From Candidatus Uhrbacteria bacterium (GTDB lineage: Bacteria; Patescibacteriota; Patescibacteriia; JACQRZ01), in the NCBI GenBank assembly GCA_016188385.1, contig JACPHV010000037.1, positions 1 through 52,880 of the forward strand: 52,880 nt of DNA, given 5' to 3'. Below are positions 16,536 through 25,992 of the stretch, piece after piece; the first letter of the stretch is position 1, and each line of letters begins with the position of its first letter. Position numbers and translations under genes: made by a program. The notes beneath the pieces were generated by a model that saw only the letters and a program-made list of their open reading frames with translations, searched no databases and had not been told where the DNA came from.

Positions 16536-17726
16536 ATGCTTACCAAGCCATTCATTACAACTTTGTTTCAGGGCGCTTATATTCAACGCTGGAACGATAA
16601 GCTCCGCCCCATGGAGATTATTGAGATCGATAAACACGCGCATAAACTCATTATCGCTTTTCTCATCGGACGATATGAAGAGCGGCACGCGCCGATTTCA
16701 TGGAATGCCCTCATCGAAGGCAGCGTGTTTGAATATCTGGAAAAGATTGTCTTGACAGATATCAAAGCGCCCGTGCTATCCGCCATACGAAAAGACGGAC
16801 GGCAATATAAAAAATTAATGTCGTTTGTATGCGAGCAGCTTGAAGGCACGATGCTGGGCGTTGACCCCTCTTTGCCGTCCCGTATTTCTTCCTACCTTCG
16901 TCAAGAGGACGACACTCTCGAAAAGCGCATCTTAAGCGCGGCGAGCGCGATGGCTTCCGCGTGGGAATTCGACATCATTGAACGCACGGATCCGCATGGG
17001 TATGAAATGATGCACATCCGCCGCGCTCTCTCAGAACGGCTCGACTCCTACCGCGATCTTGTCGGCGTACAATCAGCGCTCGCCTCCGAGCATATGCAGA
17101 GATTTATCAATATCGTAGGACAGCTTCGCTTTCAGACTCGCTGGGCGCATGTGCACCGCATCCCGAAGACATCAGTGCTTATGCATAGTTATTTTGTAGC
17201 CGTGATTTCCTATTTTTTATCTCTTCAGATGAACGCTTCCGCGCGTCGGACTTATAATAATACGTTCGCGGGTTTATTTCACGATCTCGCGGAAGTATTG
17301 ACTCGCGACATTATCGCTCCGGTCAAGCGATCAACAGAAGGATTGCGCGACCTGATCGGTGAATACGAAAAAGAACAAATGGAAAAAATCGTATACCCGC
17401 TTTTGCCGGAATTCCTTCATTCTGACATTCGGCGGTTTACTTCCGTTGAACCGATGAATTCCTTTGTCGTGGACGGCGCCATAAAGTACGCGACCGTCGC
17501 GCACATCAATGAATCGTACAATGATGATCGGTATGACGTTCTCGACGGAGAGATCGTAAAAGCCGCTGATGAGCTGTCCGCGTATATTGAAAGCATGGAA
17601 GCGATAACAAACGGATGCGCGAGTGAAAAATTTACCGACGCGAAATCATTGATTGAAGAGAAGTATCGAGGTACGGTGATCGGCGGCGTTGATCTGGGAA
17701 CACTGTACGAGGATCTGGCACGCTAA
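16536..17726 (+). CDS. HD-domain phosphohydrolase
   Basis: H...HD pattern (HSYFVAVIS...GLFHDLAEVLTRDI). ATG at 16536 preferred because it avoids overlap with the Nudix gene. Confidence 0.75.
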   Translation: MLTKPFITTLFQGAYIQRWNDKLRPMEIIEIDKHAHKLIIAFLIGRYEERHAPISWNALIEGSVFEYLEKIVLTDIKAPVLSAIRKDGRQYKKLMSFVCEQLEGTMLGVDPSLPSRISSYLRQEDDTLEKRILSAASAMASAWEFDIIERTDPHGYEMMHIRRALSERLDSYRDLVGVQSALASEHMQRFINIVGQLRFQTRWAHVHRIPKTSVLMHSYFVAVISYFLSLQMNASARRTYNNTFAGLFHDLAEVLTRDIIAPVKRSTEGLRDLIGEYEKEQMEKIVYPLLPEFLHSDIRRFTSVEPMNSFVVDGAIKYATVAHINESYNDDRYDVLDGEIVKAADELSAYIESMEAITNGCASEKFTDAKSLIEEKYRGTVIGGVDLGTLYEDLAR

Positions 17727-17739
17727 CAAGCGCCGCGCT

Positions 17740-18675
17740 ATGAGAATTCTTATTACCGGTTCGCTCGCGTATGATACGATCATGGATTTTCCGGGCAGGT
17801 TTCGCGATCATATTTTACCGGATCAAATCCATGTGTTAAACACCTGTTTTCTTGTCAACGGGATTGCAAAAAATTATGGCGGATGCGCGGGCAATATCGC
17901 GTATACCATGCGTTTGCTCGGTGTTGACCCGATCATACTCTCTGTGCTTGGATCTGACGGCGACGCGTACAGTGATTATCTTGAGAAACAGCGGATCTGT
18001 ACGCGCCATATCCGCAGAGAGCCGCGCGCGCTGTCTTCGCAGGCGACGATCATCACCGATAAAGACAACAACCAGATCACGGCATATCATGATGGAGCGT
18101 CAGACGCGGCAAGCGAGCTGAGCATAGGCAGTATCGGCGCGAAGCCGGAACTTGTTGTCGTCGCGCCGACAAAAAAGGCGGCAATGATGAAACACGCGCG
18201 CGAGTGCGCCGCAGCCAAGATTCCGTTCGTATTTGATCCCGGCCAACAGCTGGGGGGATTTGCGAAAGATGAGCTGCGTGAGATGCTTTCGTTGTGCGAT
18301 TTTTTTATCGTGAATGATTATGAGATGAAAGTGACGGAACAGACCTCCGGGTATTCCACGCAAACGTTGTATGCTATGATAGATACCGTCATTATTACTC
18401 TCGGTTCCCACGGTTCGCGCATAGTAGGCAAGTACGGAGCAGAGTACATTGATCTAGCGTCTTGCACACCATTGGAAGTGCGCGATCCAACCGGAGCGGG
18501 AGACGCATATCGCGCCGGATTTTTTGCCGCCTATGCCGCGGGGAAAGAATTGGCGGTATGCGGACGGACGGGAAGCGTTGCGGCCGCATACGCGATCGAG
18601 CGCTATGGCACGCAGAACCATCATTTTACTCTCAAAGATTTTGAACAACGATATGGCGAGACATACCCTGCATGA
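17740..18675 (+). CDS. PfkB-family carbohydrate/nucleoside kinase (adenosine kinase-like)
   Basis: C-terminal PfkB signature [13 protein letters not shown] and N-terminal GG motif (NYGGCAGN). Adjacent to ahcY. Confidence 0.85.
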   Translation: MRILITGSLAYDTIMDFPGRFRDHILPDQIHVLNTCFLVNGIAKNYGGCAGNIAYTMRLLGVDPIILSVLGSDGDAYSDYLEKQRICTRHIRREPRALSSQATIITDKDNNQITAYHDGASDAASELSIGSIGAKPELVVVAPTKKAAMMKHARECAAAKIPFVFDPGQQLGGFAKDELREMLSLCDFFIVNDYEMKVTEQTSGYSTQTLYAMIDTVIITLGSHGSRIVGKYGAEYIDLASCTPLEVRDPTGAGDAYRAGFFAAYAAGKELAVCGRTGSVAAAYAIERYGTQNHHFTLKDFEQRYGETYPA

Positions 18676-20071
18676 ATACAAAGTCGCCGATCTTTCCTTG
18701 GCTCAATGGGGGCGCAAAGAGATTACGGTCGCCGAGCACGAAATGCCGGGGCTTATGGCGATCCGTAAAAAATATCAGCGATCCAAACCGCTGAAAGGCG
18801 CCCGTATTACCGGATCGCTGCACATGACGATCCAGACCGCGGTATTGATTGAAACGCTCATCGCGCTTGGCGCGCAGGTGAGGTGGGCAAGCTGCAATAT
18901 TTTTTCCACGCAAGATCATGCCGCGGCCGCGCTTGCGCAAAAGGGTATCTCGATCTTTGCGTGGAAAGGAGAAACGCTCGATGAATATTGGTGGTGTCTT
19001 GAACGAGCATTTGATTTTGGAGGCGGCACGGGGCCCTCACTGATCGTTGATGACGGCGGTGACGCGACCCTGATGGCGCATATGGGCGTCGATGGCGAAA
19101 AAAATCCGGTTCTGTTAGAAAAAAAGCCAACGGGCCTTGGTGAGGATTACCGCGCGCTTTTGCGTTTGTTGAAAAAAGAATACGCTCGCAATTCCGGACG
19201 CTGGCATTCTGTGGCAAAAGGCATCCGTGGAATATCAGAGGAAACCACGACCGGCGCGCAGCGGCTCAAAAGTATGGTAAAAGAGGGGAGGCTTTTGTTT
19301 CCGGCGATGAACGTGAACGACTCCGTGACAAAATCGAAATTCGATAATATTTACGGATGCCGCGAATCACTTATTGACGGCATCAAACGAGCAACAGGCG
19401 TGATGATAGCGGGCAAGACCGCCGTAGTCTGCGGATACGGAGAAGTGGGAAAGGGATGCGCTGTCGCGCTGAAAGGATTTGGGGCGCACGTCATCGTCAC
19501 GGAGATCGATCCTATCTGCGCTTTGCAAGCGCTCATGGAAGGATATGTCGTGCAGACAGTGGAAGACACGCTCGCACACGCGGACATCTACGTCACAGCG
19601 ACCGGCAACAGAGATGTCATCCGTTTCGAGCACATGAAAAAGATGAAAGATCAGGCGATCGTGTGTAATATCGGGCACTTTGATAACGAGATTGAAATGG
19701 ACAAGCTCAATCGCGCGCGCGGAGTGGCGCGCGAGACCATCAAGCCGCAAGTGGATCGCTACCGATTTTCGGATGGGCATGAGATATACATACTTGCCGA
19801 AGGGCGTCTTGTGAATCTGGGATGCGCGCAAGGACACCCGAGCTTCGTGATGAGCAACAGTTTTTCCAACCAAGTCCTTGCGCAGCTTCATCTTTGGCAA
19901 CATGAGTACGCAGTCGGACTGTATCAATTGCCGAAGCATCTTGATGAAGAAGTGGCGCGGCTGCATCTTGCAAAATTAGGAGCGCACCTCACCGCATTAA
20001 CGAAGCGGCAAGCGGATTATATCGGCACGGATATTCGAGGACCGTATAAATCTGACGATTATCGATATTAG
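18653..20071 (+). CDS. ahcY: Adenosylhomocysteinase (S-adenosyl-L-homocysteine hydrolase)
   Basis: [37 protein letters not shown] and the NAD-binding GYGEVGKG. The ATG at 18653 overlaps the kinase stop by 23 nt. Confidence 0.95.
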   Translation: MARHTLHEYKVADLSLAQWGRKEITVAEHEMPGLMAIRKKYQRSKPLKGARITGSLHMTIQTAVLIETLIALGAQVRWASCNIFSTQDHAAAALAQKGISIFAWKGETLDEYWWCLERAFDFGGGTGPSLIVDDGGDATLMAHMGVDGEKNPVLLEKKPTGLGEDYRALLRLLKKEYARNSGRWHSVAKGIRGISEETTTGAQRLKSMVKEGRLLFPAMNVNDSVTKSKFDNIYGCRESLIDGIKRATGVMIAGKTAVVCGYGEVGKGCAVALKGFGAHVIVTEIDPICALQALMEGYVVQTVEDTLAHADIYVTATGNRDVIRFEHMKKMKDQAIVCNIGHFDNEIEMDKLNRARGVARETIKPQVDRYRFSDGHEIYILAEGRLVNLGCAQGHPSFVMSNSFSNQVLAQLHLWQHEYAVGLYQLPKHLDEEVARLHLAKLGAHLTALTKRQADYIGTDIRGPYKSDDYRY

Positions 20072-20110
20072 CGAGTACAAGACGACCGTATAGCGCGACT
20101 TGCTATTCTT

Positions 20111-20119
20111 TGGTATACT
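20111..20119 (+). promoter_or_regulatory. Extended -10 element TGGTATACT upstream of the cupredoxin-like gene
   Basis: The same TGnTATACT element recurs at 24629-24637, 25140-25148 and 48908-48916. AGTATACT occurs at 41129-41136. Confidence 0.4.
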
Positions 20120-20176
20120 TAAATTGAGACTGTAGAAAAATATCAGAAGAACTTTATTCATTAATAGAATTATGTT

Positions 20177-20806
20177 ATGCAGACGAAAAATGTTCTCTTG
20201 GTGGTGGTTTTGCTCGGGCTCGCCGCTCTTGCCGTGATGCTCATCGTGAGCCAGACGCAGCAAACAGGACAAGAGGAGCTTACGCCAAGTGAAGAGACTC
20301 AAGGGTTTGTGCCCGGCGAAGCGCAACTAGGATTCCCCCCTGCCGATACGGAAACGGTGCCGCAGGATGTGACGATAGATACGTCTGCTCAAGCAGAAGA
20401 CGGGGGCGGGACGTTTATAGAAAATGAAGTGTTGCAGCCTCCGGCAGAGCTGAAACCGCAGGAGGATGCCGTTCCATCGGAAGCAATCAGCTCGGAAACC
20501 CAGGTAGTTCAGACAGAAACAATCGAAATGACCAATATCGGTTTTGTGCCTCAATCCATGATAATACCGGCAGGGACGACTGTCACATTTAAGAATGTAG
20601 GCACCAATCCGATATGGCCGGCATCCGCGATGCACCCGACGCATGCCGTATATCCTAGCAAAGGAGGCTGTATCGGCAGCACGTTTGACGCGTGTATCGG
20701 AGTGAATCCCGGAGATACATGGTCGTTTACGTTTTATGAAAACGGTTCTTGGAAATATCACGACCATCTTAACCCGGGCATGACTGGACAGATTATTGTT
20801 GAGTAA
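20177..20806 (+). CDS. Secreted/anchored cupredoxin-like domain protein
   Basis: N-terminal TM/signal sequence, a low-complexity linker, then a C-terminal beta-sandwich pattern (IPAGTTVTFKNVG...H..H...WSFTF...G.W.YHDHLNPGMTGQIIV). Confidence 0.65.
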   Translation: MQTKNVLLVVVLLGLAALAVMLIVSQTQQTGQEELTPSEETQGFVPGEAQLGFPPADTETVPQDVTIDTSAQAEDGGGTFIENEVLQPPAELKPQEDAVPSEAISSETQVVQTETIEMTNIGFVPQSMIIPAGTTVTFKNVGTNPIWPASAMHPTHAVYPSKGGCIGSTFDACIGVNPGDTWSFTFYENGSWKYHDHLNPGMTGQIIVE

Positions 20807-20817
20807 GGGCGAAAAAA

Positions 20818-21192
20818 ATGAAAAAAGAACGCGTTGTTTCATTGTTGTTGCGTGTCGGCCTCGCGGCGGTGTTTGGATACGCGGGCGTTGCCGCTTTTCT
20901 GCAACCAACGTCTTGGATCGGATATATTCCCGAATTTTTACGCGAGAGTTTTGATTCTCGTTTCCTTCTGACTGTATTTTCCGGAGCCGAGATCATCGTG
21001 GCACTATGGCTGTTAAGCGGGCGTTATCTATTTATGGCAGGGATCATATCAGCTCTCGCGATACTTGGAATATTGACATTCAATCTCGGATTGTTCGACG
21101 TCGTATTTCGCGACATCGCGATCTTTTTCGCGGCTCTTGCGCTTGCGTATCTTGAGACGAAAGATCCCGAAAGCTCTGCCACTGTCCAATGA
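20818..21192 (+). CDS. DoxX-like small integral membrane protein
   Basis: 124 aa with 4 predicted TM helices and an N-terminus resembling DoxX family members (LLLRVGLAAVFGYAGVAAF). Confidence 0.55.
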   Translation: MKKERVVSLLLRVGLAAVFGYAGVAAFLQPTSWIGYIPEFLRESFDSRFLLTVFSGAEIIVALWLLSGRYLFMAGIISALAILGILTFNLGLFDVVFRDIAIFFAALALAYLETKDPESSATVQ

Positions 21193-22022
21193 ATCGACTG
21201 CGCCTCCCATTGCTCTTTTGGACCCTGTTTCTTTTTGCCATTGCGCAAGGCACCGCGCTTTATATCGCACATCAGATCATGATGTTTGAGTTGCCTGCCG
21301 GTTTGCAGGCTCCGGTCCAAGGGCAGGATATTGAGATTGTATGGCAGTTTCTCGCGTTATTCTTCGCGGCAACGATCGTTCTGGTGATTTTGATTCGTCT
21401 TCATCGAGGGAAAGTTTTTTTTCGCGCGGTGTTCCTTGCGGCGGTTTTCTTCGGGCTGTTCCGATTATTTCTCGTGATTTTTCCGTTTTCACTGGCGCTG
21501 TCGGTGGCAGGGATATTTCTCGCGGCGTTTTTGGTATTGCCCGCGGTTTGGGTGCATGATTTTGTCGTGATCCTAGCCGCGGTGGGCATCGGGCCGGTAT
21601 TCGGGCTGCAGTTTCATTGGTTATCCGCCGCGTTATTGCTGCTCGTGCTTTCACTCTACGATATTATCGCCGTCACCGTTACAAAACATATGATCCCTCT
21701 CGCTCACGCGCTCATTGAGCGGCAGGCGAGCTTTGTCTTGTTCGTGCCGGATCGCTTGCGCGATTTTAGAGCGCATATTTCCCGCGTGCGGCCCGGGAGC
21801 GGCTTTCTCATTATCGGCGGCGGAGATCTCATACTGCCGATGATATTGGCAACAAGCCTGACGCGCGTGAGCCTGCAAGCAAGCATCGCGTCGATATGCG
21901 GCATGCTCGTCGGAATCGCCGCAAACCATGTGCTTATCGTCACGCGCAGGCAGCCGATCCCGGCGTTACCGCTTATGGTGATAGGGGCCGTGATTGGCGC
22001 ATTAGCCGCGATTGGGGTATAA
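21189..22022 (+). CDS. Presenilin/signal-peptide-peptidase family (A22) intramembrane aspartyl protease homologue
   Basis: All three signature motifs are in order in a polytopic protein: LYDIIAVTVTKHM (YD), IIGGGDLILP (GxGD) and IPALPL (PAL). Confidence 0.8.
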   Translation: MNRLRLPLLFWTLFLFAIAQGTALYIAHQIMMFELPAGLQAPVQGQDIEIVWQFLALFFAATIVLVILIRLHRGKVFFRAVFLAAVFFGLFRLFLVIFPFSLALSVAGIFLAAFLVLPAVWVHDFVVILAAVGIGPVFGLQFHWLSAALLLLVLSLYDIIAVTVTKHMIPLAHALIERQASFVLFVPDRLRDFRAHISRVRPGSGFLIIGGGDLILPMILATSLTRVSLQASIASICGMLVGIAANHVLIVTRRQPIPALPLMVIGAVIGALAAIGV

Positions 22023-22069
22023 TGAGGCCGTAGCAAAAGCCAATTACGTATCTCTTCCGATTCCTCTCT

Positions 22070-23500
22070 ATGTCAAAAAATATAGCGATGTTATTCATAG
22101 GTCTCGGAGTTCTCGCGATCATCGCGTTTGTGGCGATCGTGGTTGCTTCTTTGGGTCCCAAAGGACCCTCTCAAAAAGAAATCGCCGAGGCAAGCAAGCC
22201 GGTGACGCTGACATACTGGCGCGTCTTTGACGGGGATGCTTCCATCAGACAAATCATAACGGTATATCAGCGATTGCACCCAAACGTAAAGATCGACTAT
22301 CGGAAGCTTCGATTTGAAGAATACGAACGAGAGATCGTCAATGCACTTGCCGAAGATCGCGGTCCCGATATTTTTTCGATCCATAACACCTGGGTGGACC
22401 GGTACCTCACAAAGATAGAGCCGATGCCGCCGGAAGTGGCAGTAGCGTCTTTTGTGGAGAAGGGGACAATTCAAAAAAAGACAGAAGCGGTACTCGATGT
22501 AAAGAAGGGGACGAATCCTCGGGAAGTGCGGGAGAAATTTATTGACGTGGTTGCAAGCGATGTTTTGCGATCTATGGAGGGACAAGAGCGCGTGATGGGT
22601 TTGCCGTATTTCGTTGATGTGCTCGCGCTTTTTTATAACAAGGATTCGTTCAACAACGCGGGCATAGGAGCGCCGCCGCGCAACTGGGAGGAATTTCGAA
22701 CTATGGCGGGAAGCGAGTACCTGACGCAATTGAACGATCAAACCGGGGAAATCGTCAGCTCCGCGGCCGCAATCGGCGGGAGCGGCAATATCCAGCGCGC
22801 GCCCGACATTCTCGCGACATTGATGATGCAAAATGGCGCGCAGATGACGGACGGATCAATGATTACGTTTGATAAAGTACCGCGATCCCTCGCGGACAGC
22901 TCCGTACATCCGTCCGTAAACGCGCTTACGTTTTACACCGACTTTGCTTCCCCCGCCACCGACCTTTACACGTGGAGAGAGGATTTTTCCGATAGTTTTG
23001 AAGTTTTTCAGCAGGGACTTACGGCAATGATGTTCGGATATTCCTATCACGCGCAAACACTGCGGGATCTTCAGCCTCGACTGCGGTATGGGATCGTGCC
23101 GGTTCCGCAATTGAATCCAAGCCAACAAGCGGTAAGCGCGAATTATTGGATCGAGACTGTGTCAAAGAAAACAAAAAGCAAAGATTACGCGTGGGATTTT
23201 ATCATGTTTGCCACCGCGGCGGAGCAAGCAAAGCTATTCTTGGCAGAGACGAAAAAACCGACCGCGCTTCGCGAGTTGATCGAAGAACAAAAACAGCAAG
23301 ACATCATGTATCCGTTCGCGTCCCAATTGCTGGTGGCGAAGAATTGGTTTCATGGCAAAAACGCGGAAGTGATGGAGGCGCAATTTTACGCGCTGATTGC
23401 CGAGGCGCTGCAATTGCGCGGCGGCTCGCCCGAAGAGCAAAGGCAGAAATTCCGTGAGCTGCTTGCCAAAACAAGGCAGATCATCCAGGAGGGGTATTGA
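22070..23500 (+). CDS. ABC-transporter-type extracellular solute-binding protein (family 1), membrane-anchored
   Basis: N-terminal TM anchor, then LTYWRVFDG...IFSIHNTW...LPYFVDVLALFYNKD..., typical of sugar-type SBPs. No permease or ATPase gene nearby. Confidence 0.8.
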   Translation: MSKNIAMLFIGLGVLAIIAFVAIVVASLGPKGPSQKEIAEASKPVTLTYWRVFDGDASIRQIITVYQRLHPNVKIDYRKLRFEEYEREIVNALAEDRGPDIFSIHNTWVDRYLTKIEPMPPEVAVASFVEKGTIQKKTEAVLDVKKGTNPREVREKFIDVVASDVLRSMEGQERVMGLPYFVDVLALFYNKDSFNNAGIGAPPRNWEEFRTMAGSEYLTQLNDQTGEIVSSAAAIGGSGNIQRAPDILATLMMQNGAQMTDGSMITFDKVPRSLADSSVHPSVNALTFYTDFASPATDLYTWREDFSDSFEVFQQGLTAMMFGYSYHAQTLRDLQPRLRYGIVPVPQLNPSQQAVSANYWIETVSKKTKSKDYAWDFIMFATAAEQAKLFLAETKKPTALRELIEEQKQQDIMYPFASQLLVAKNWFHGKNAEVMEAQFYALIAEALQLRGGSPEEQRQKFRELLAKTRQIIQEGY

Positions 23501-23531
23501 CCATTTTTCCAAATTGAGGAAGGCATATACT

Positions 23532-24566
23532 ATGAGTCAAAAAGGAAACATCGGGAAGAAGCGAGCCGTTTTGTTTGGAATAGCCGTACTCACGGCAATC
23601 GCGATGGTCGGATTGTATGTGTTGCCCGCCATTCAATCGGCAGAGGCGGCGATTGATTGCACGACCCTTCCGAAAGGGCCTCGTGCGTGCACCTCCGATA
23701 CGCTCCAGGGTAGCTGGGTGCTTGAAGGGGTTGCCTCGCGTACAGGAAAAGATCCGACAACGCAAAAGAATGTCACCTATCAATTTTTAATTTCAGGGTG
23801 CGGGACGCTTGTCAGTTCCGGCGGGGAACGCATTCCCTGTTATCACAGTGTAAACGGAATCATACAGGCTGTCATTACCGTTGGGGATTTGATCCTTGGG
23901 ATTGTTGGCGCGTTGGCGCTTCTTATGTTTGTATGGGGCGGATTTTTGTGGTTGACATCGGGAGGGTCGGAAGAACGGGTGAAAGCGGGCACAACGACAT
24001 TCCGCAACTCGGTCATTGGTCTTTTGATCGTATTTGCAAGCTGGCTCGGCGTGAATTATATTGTTTCGACATTGGCTGGTGAAAAATTGTTTAGCAAGAA
24101 TCTCAGTGCCGCTGCCGTATGGTATCAGGCTAAGAAGGCCGCGGGCGAGGCAGGCGCTTTATGCTATCGCGCTCTTACCGTCGAAGAGCTGAACTGCGCT
24201 CTCACCAAACCCTATGTTGCCCCAACACCAGCCCCCGCCGCGGCACCTGCGGGGCCTACTTGCGATTCGCCTGCAGTAGTGCGAAGCGGTCCAGCCAGCG
24301 GCAGCGGCGAGACATGTGTTGATGTTTGTCGGCGAGCAGTAAGCGACACGACAATCACATATCCTGGCGGGAAAGGCGGGGATATCGGAACATTAGCTGA
24401 TAGGGTAGAGCAAATGCCCGATAAGACTTGTTGCTGCTCTTTGAAGAAAGGACCGTTATCAGGGGAAGATTGTGTATCTGGGCCTATCCTGTATTGTGGT
24501 TTTGGATTGATATGTAATATACCAACAGGAAAGTGTCAGCCGAGCGCATCAATCAGCGCGCCGTAG
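23532..24566 (+). CDS. Pilin-like paralogue 1: TrbC/VirB2-like two-helix core plus a Pro/Ala linker and a Cys-rich C-terminal extension
   Basis: Signal/TM sequence, core ...ALLMFVWGGFLWLTSGGSEERVKAG...VIGLLIVFASW..., linker PTPAPAAAPAGP, then 12 Cys in the last ~190 aa (~150 of them after the linker). Confidence 0.75.
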   Translation: MSQKGNIGKKRAVLFGIAVLTAIAMVGLYVLPAIQSAEAAIDCTTLPKGPRACTSDTLQGSWVLEGVASRTGKDPTTQKNVTYQFLISGCGTLVSSGGERIPCYHSVNGIIQAVITVGDLILGIVGALALLMFVWGGFLWLTSGGSEERVKAGTTTFRNSVIGLLIVFASWLGVNYIVSTLAGEKLFSKNLSAAAVWYQAKKAAGEAGALCYRALTVEELNCALTKPYVAPTPAPAAAPAGPTCDSPAVVRSGPASGSGETCVDVCRRAVSDTTITYPGGKGGDIGTLADRVEQMPDKTCCCSLKKGPLSGEDCVSGPILYCGFGLICNIPTGKCQPSASISAP

Positions 24567-24628
24567 TTTCAAATTGACATATTTCCCGTTGAAATCGTGC
24601 CGTAGACGGTGTTCAAAAACAAATAGTA

Positions 24629-24637
24629 TGGTATACT
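24629..24637 (+). promoter_or_regulatory. Extended -10 element TGGTATACT upstream of pilin-like paralogue 2
   Basis: Seen in the sequence, preceded by TTGACATAT at 24574-24582 (shared with the 25109 copy). Confidence 0.35.
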
Positions 24638-24645
24638 GCAGGTAT

Positions 24646-25095
24646 ATGAACTCACAAAATCGCGCGTGGATGCGGTTCGGGGTAGCGGGCATGAGCAGCC
24701 TCATACTCGCAGTCGTTTTGGTTGGCGTATTATCGGCGGCGACTACGTCGGCGGCGACTATCGATCTGATCAATCCTATCAAGGCCACATCCATACCGGA
24801 GCTCGTAAACTATATTCTGCGCGGACTTTTCGGCCTTATCGGTGTCGTTGCTCTGGTGATTTTTCTCTACGGCGGATTTACCTGGATGACATCCGAGGGT
24901 TCTGAAAAAAAGATCAAAAAAGGATGGGATACCATGATTTGGGGGGCGCTTGGACTTGGAATTATTTTTGCCAGCTTTATTCTGGTGCGATTTCTCTTGA
25001 ATTTTTTGCTTGAAGAGACAACAGCGACAGGAACATCAAGCAGTCCGAGCGCTACAGGAGGGACGGGCAGTGTGCCAGCGCGCCCTACTCCTTAA
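24646..25095 (+). CDS. Pilin-like paralogue 2 (TrbC/VirB2-like)
   Basis: Signal peptide (..SAATTSAA), core VIFLYGGFTWMTSEGSEKKIKKG...ALGLGIIFASF. Confidence 0.75.
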   Translation: MNSQNRAWMRFGVAGMSSLILAVVLVGVLSAATTSAATIDLINPIKATSIPELVNYILRGLFGLIGVVALVIFLYGGFTWMTSEGSEKKIKKGWDTMIWGALGLGIIFASFILVRFLLNFLLEETTATGTSSSPSATGGTGSVPARPTP

Positions 25096-25139
25096 AATGG
25101 TGTAGAACTTGACATATCCCCAGTTCGTGTAGGAAAATG

Positions 25140-25148
25140 TGGTATACT
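25140..25148 (+). promoter_or_regulatory. Extended -10 element TGGTATACT upstream of pilin-like paralogue 3
   Basis: Seen in the sequence, followed by the leader motif GAGATTGTAGAAAAATA (25163-25179). Confidence 0.35.
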
Positions 25149-25234
25149 GCACTTTGCATTATGAGATTGTAGAAAAATAGTTTCCAGGTCATTCCCGATT
25201 TAATTTCGATACTTAACTCATTACATAGTTTCTT

Positions 25235-25627
25235 ATGATCAAGCGATTATGCGCGAGCATCGTGCTTGCGAGTATGGTCTTTGTGGGAGGATTGGCGCTC
25301 GCGCCATCGTATGCTCAAGCAGTTGAGGCAGGGAAACCCGCGGGAGGTTATTTTAATGACATTACGCTTCCGGCAGGAGCGAGCAAGCCCATTCAGCAGA
25401 CTATTATTGATCTTCTTAATATCGTTCTCGGATTCTTAGGTCTTATCGCGGTCATTATTATCATCGCGGCAGGCTTTATGTGGATGACTGCCGGCGGCAA
25501 TGAAAAGCGTCTCGAGACCGCGCGCAAGCTCTTGATTCAAGGATTTATCGGTCTCGTGCTTGTCATGGCCGCGTGGGCGATCGCGCTTTTCGTTATTACT
25601 ACGTTTGAGACGCAGTTTTTTGGGTAA
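25235..25627 (+). CDS. Pilin-like paralogue 3 (TrbC/VirB2-like)
   Basis: Signal peptide ending AQA, core IIIAAGFMWMTAGGNEKRLETA...FIGLVLVMAAW. Confidence 0.8.
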   Translation: MIKRLCASIVLASMVFVGGLALAPSYAQAVEAGKPAGGYFNDITLPAGASKPIQQTIIDLLNIVLGFLGLIAVIIIIAAGFMWMTAGGNEKRLETARKLLIQGFIGLVLVMAAWAIALFVITTFETQFFG

Positions 25628-25649
25628 TCTTGATTCATGATTCGCCGAC

Positions 25650-25979
25650 ATGGCACAGTGGACACTGGAGAACATCGGCTTGAATGAGGCCGCGAAGGAT
25701 ATTTTTCGCATGGACGCAGACTACGGGGTTCCCGAACTTGTTGGCAGTATCTTGAATATACTGTTCACCATCCTCGGTCTCGTTTTTCTGGGTCTCATGG
25801 TCTACGGCGGCATGCTCTGGCTCTTGTCAGAGGGCGAAGAGAAGAAAGTAAATAAGGCGCGAGGATTTATCTTTCACTCCATTCTGGGATTGATCCTTGT
25901 GCTTTCCGCTTTCGCGATTACCAGTTTTGTCGTGCAGCAATTGACTCAGCAGACCATCGTTGCTCCCGCGGCGCCATGA
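25650..25979 (+). CDS. Pilin-like paralogue 4 (no obvious N-terminal signal peptide)
   Basis: Core LMVYGGMLWLLSEGEEKKVNKA...ILGLILVLSAF. Confidence 0.75.
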   Translation: MAQWTLENIGLNEAAKDIFRMDADYGVPELVGSILNILFTILGLVFLGLMVYGGMLWLLSEGEEKKVNKARGFIFHSILGLILVLSAFAITSFVVQQLTQQTIVAPAAP

Positions 25980-25992
25980 TCGCGCAACTTCC

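Noticed and set aside
22091-22831. 246-aa minus-strand ORF
   Set aside because: It is antisense to the solute-binding protein gene, and its Arg/His-rich composition is typical of a shadow ORF.
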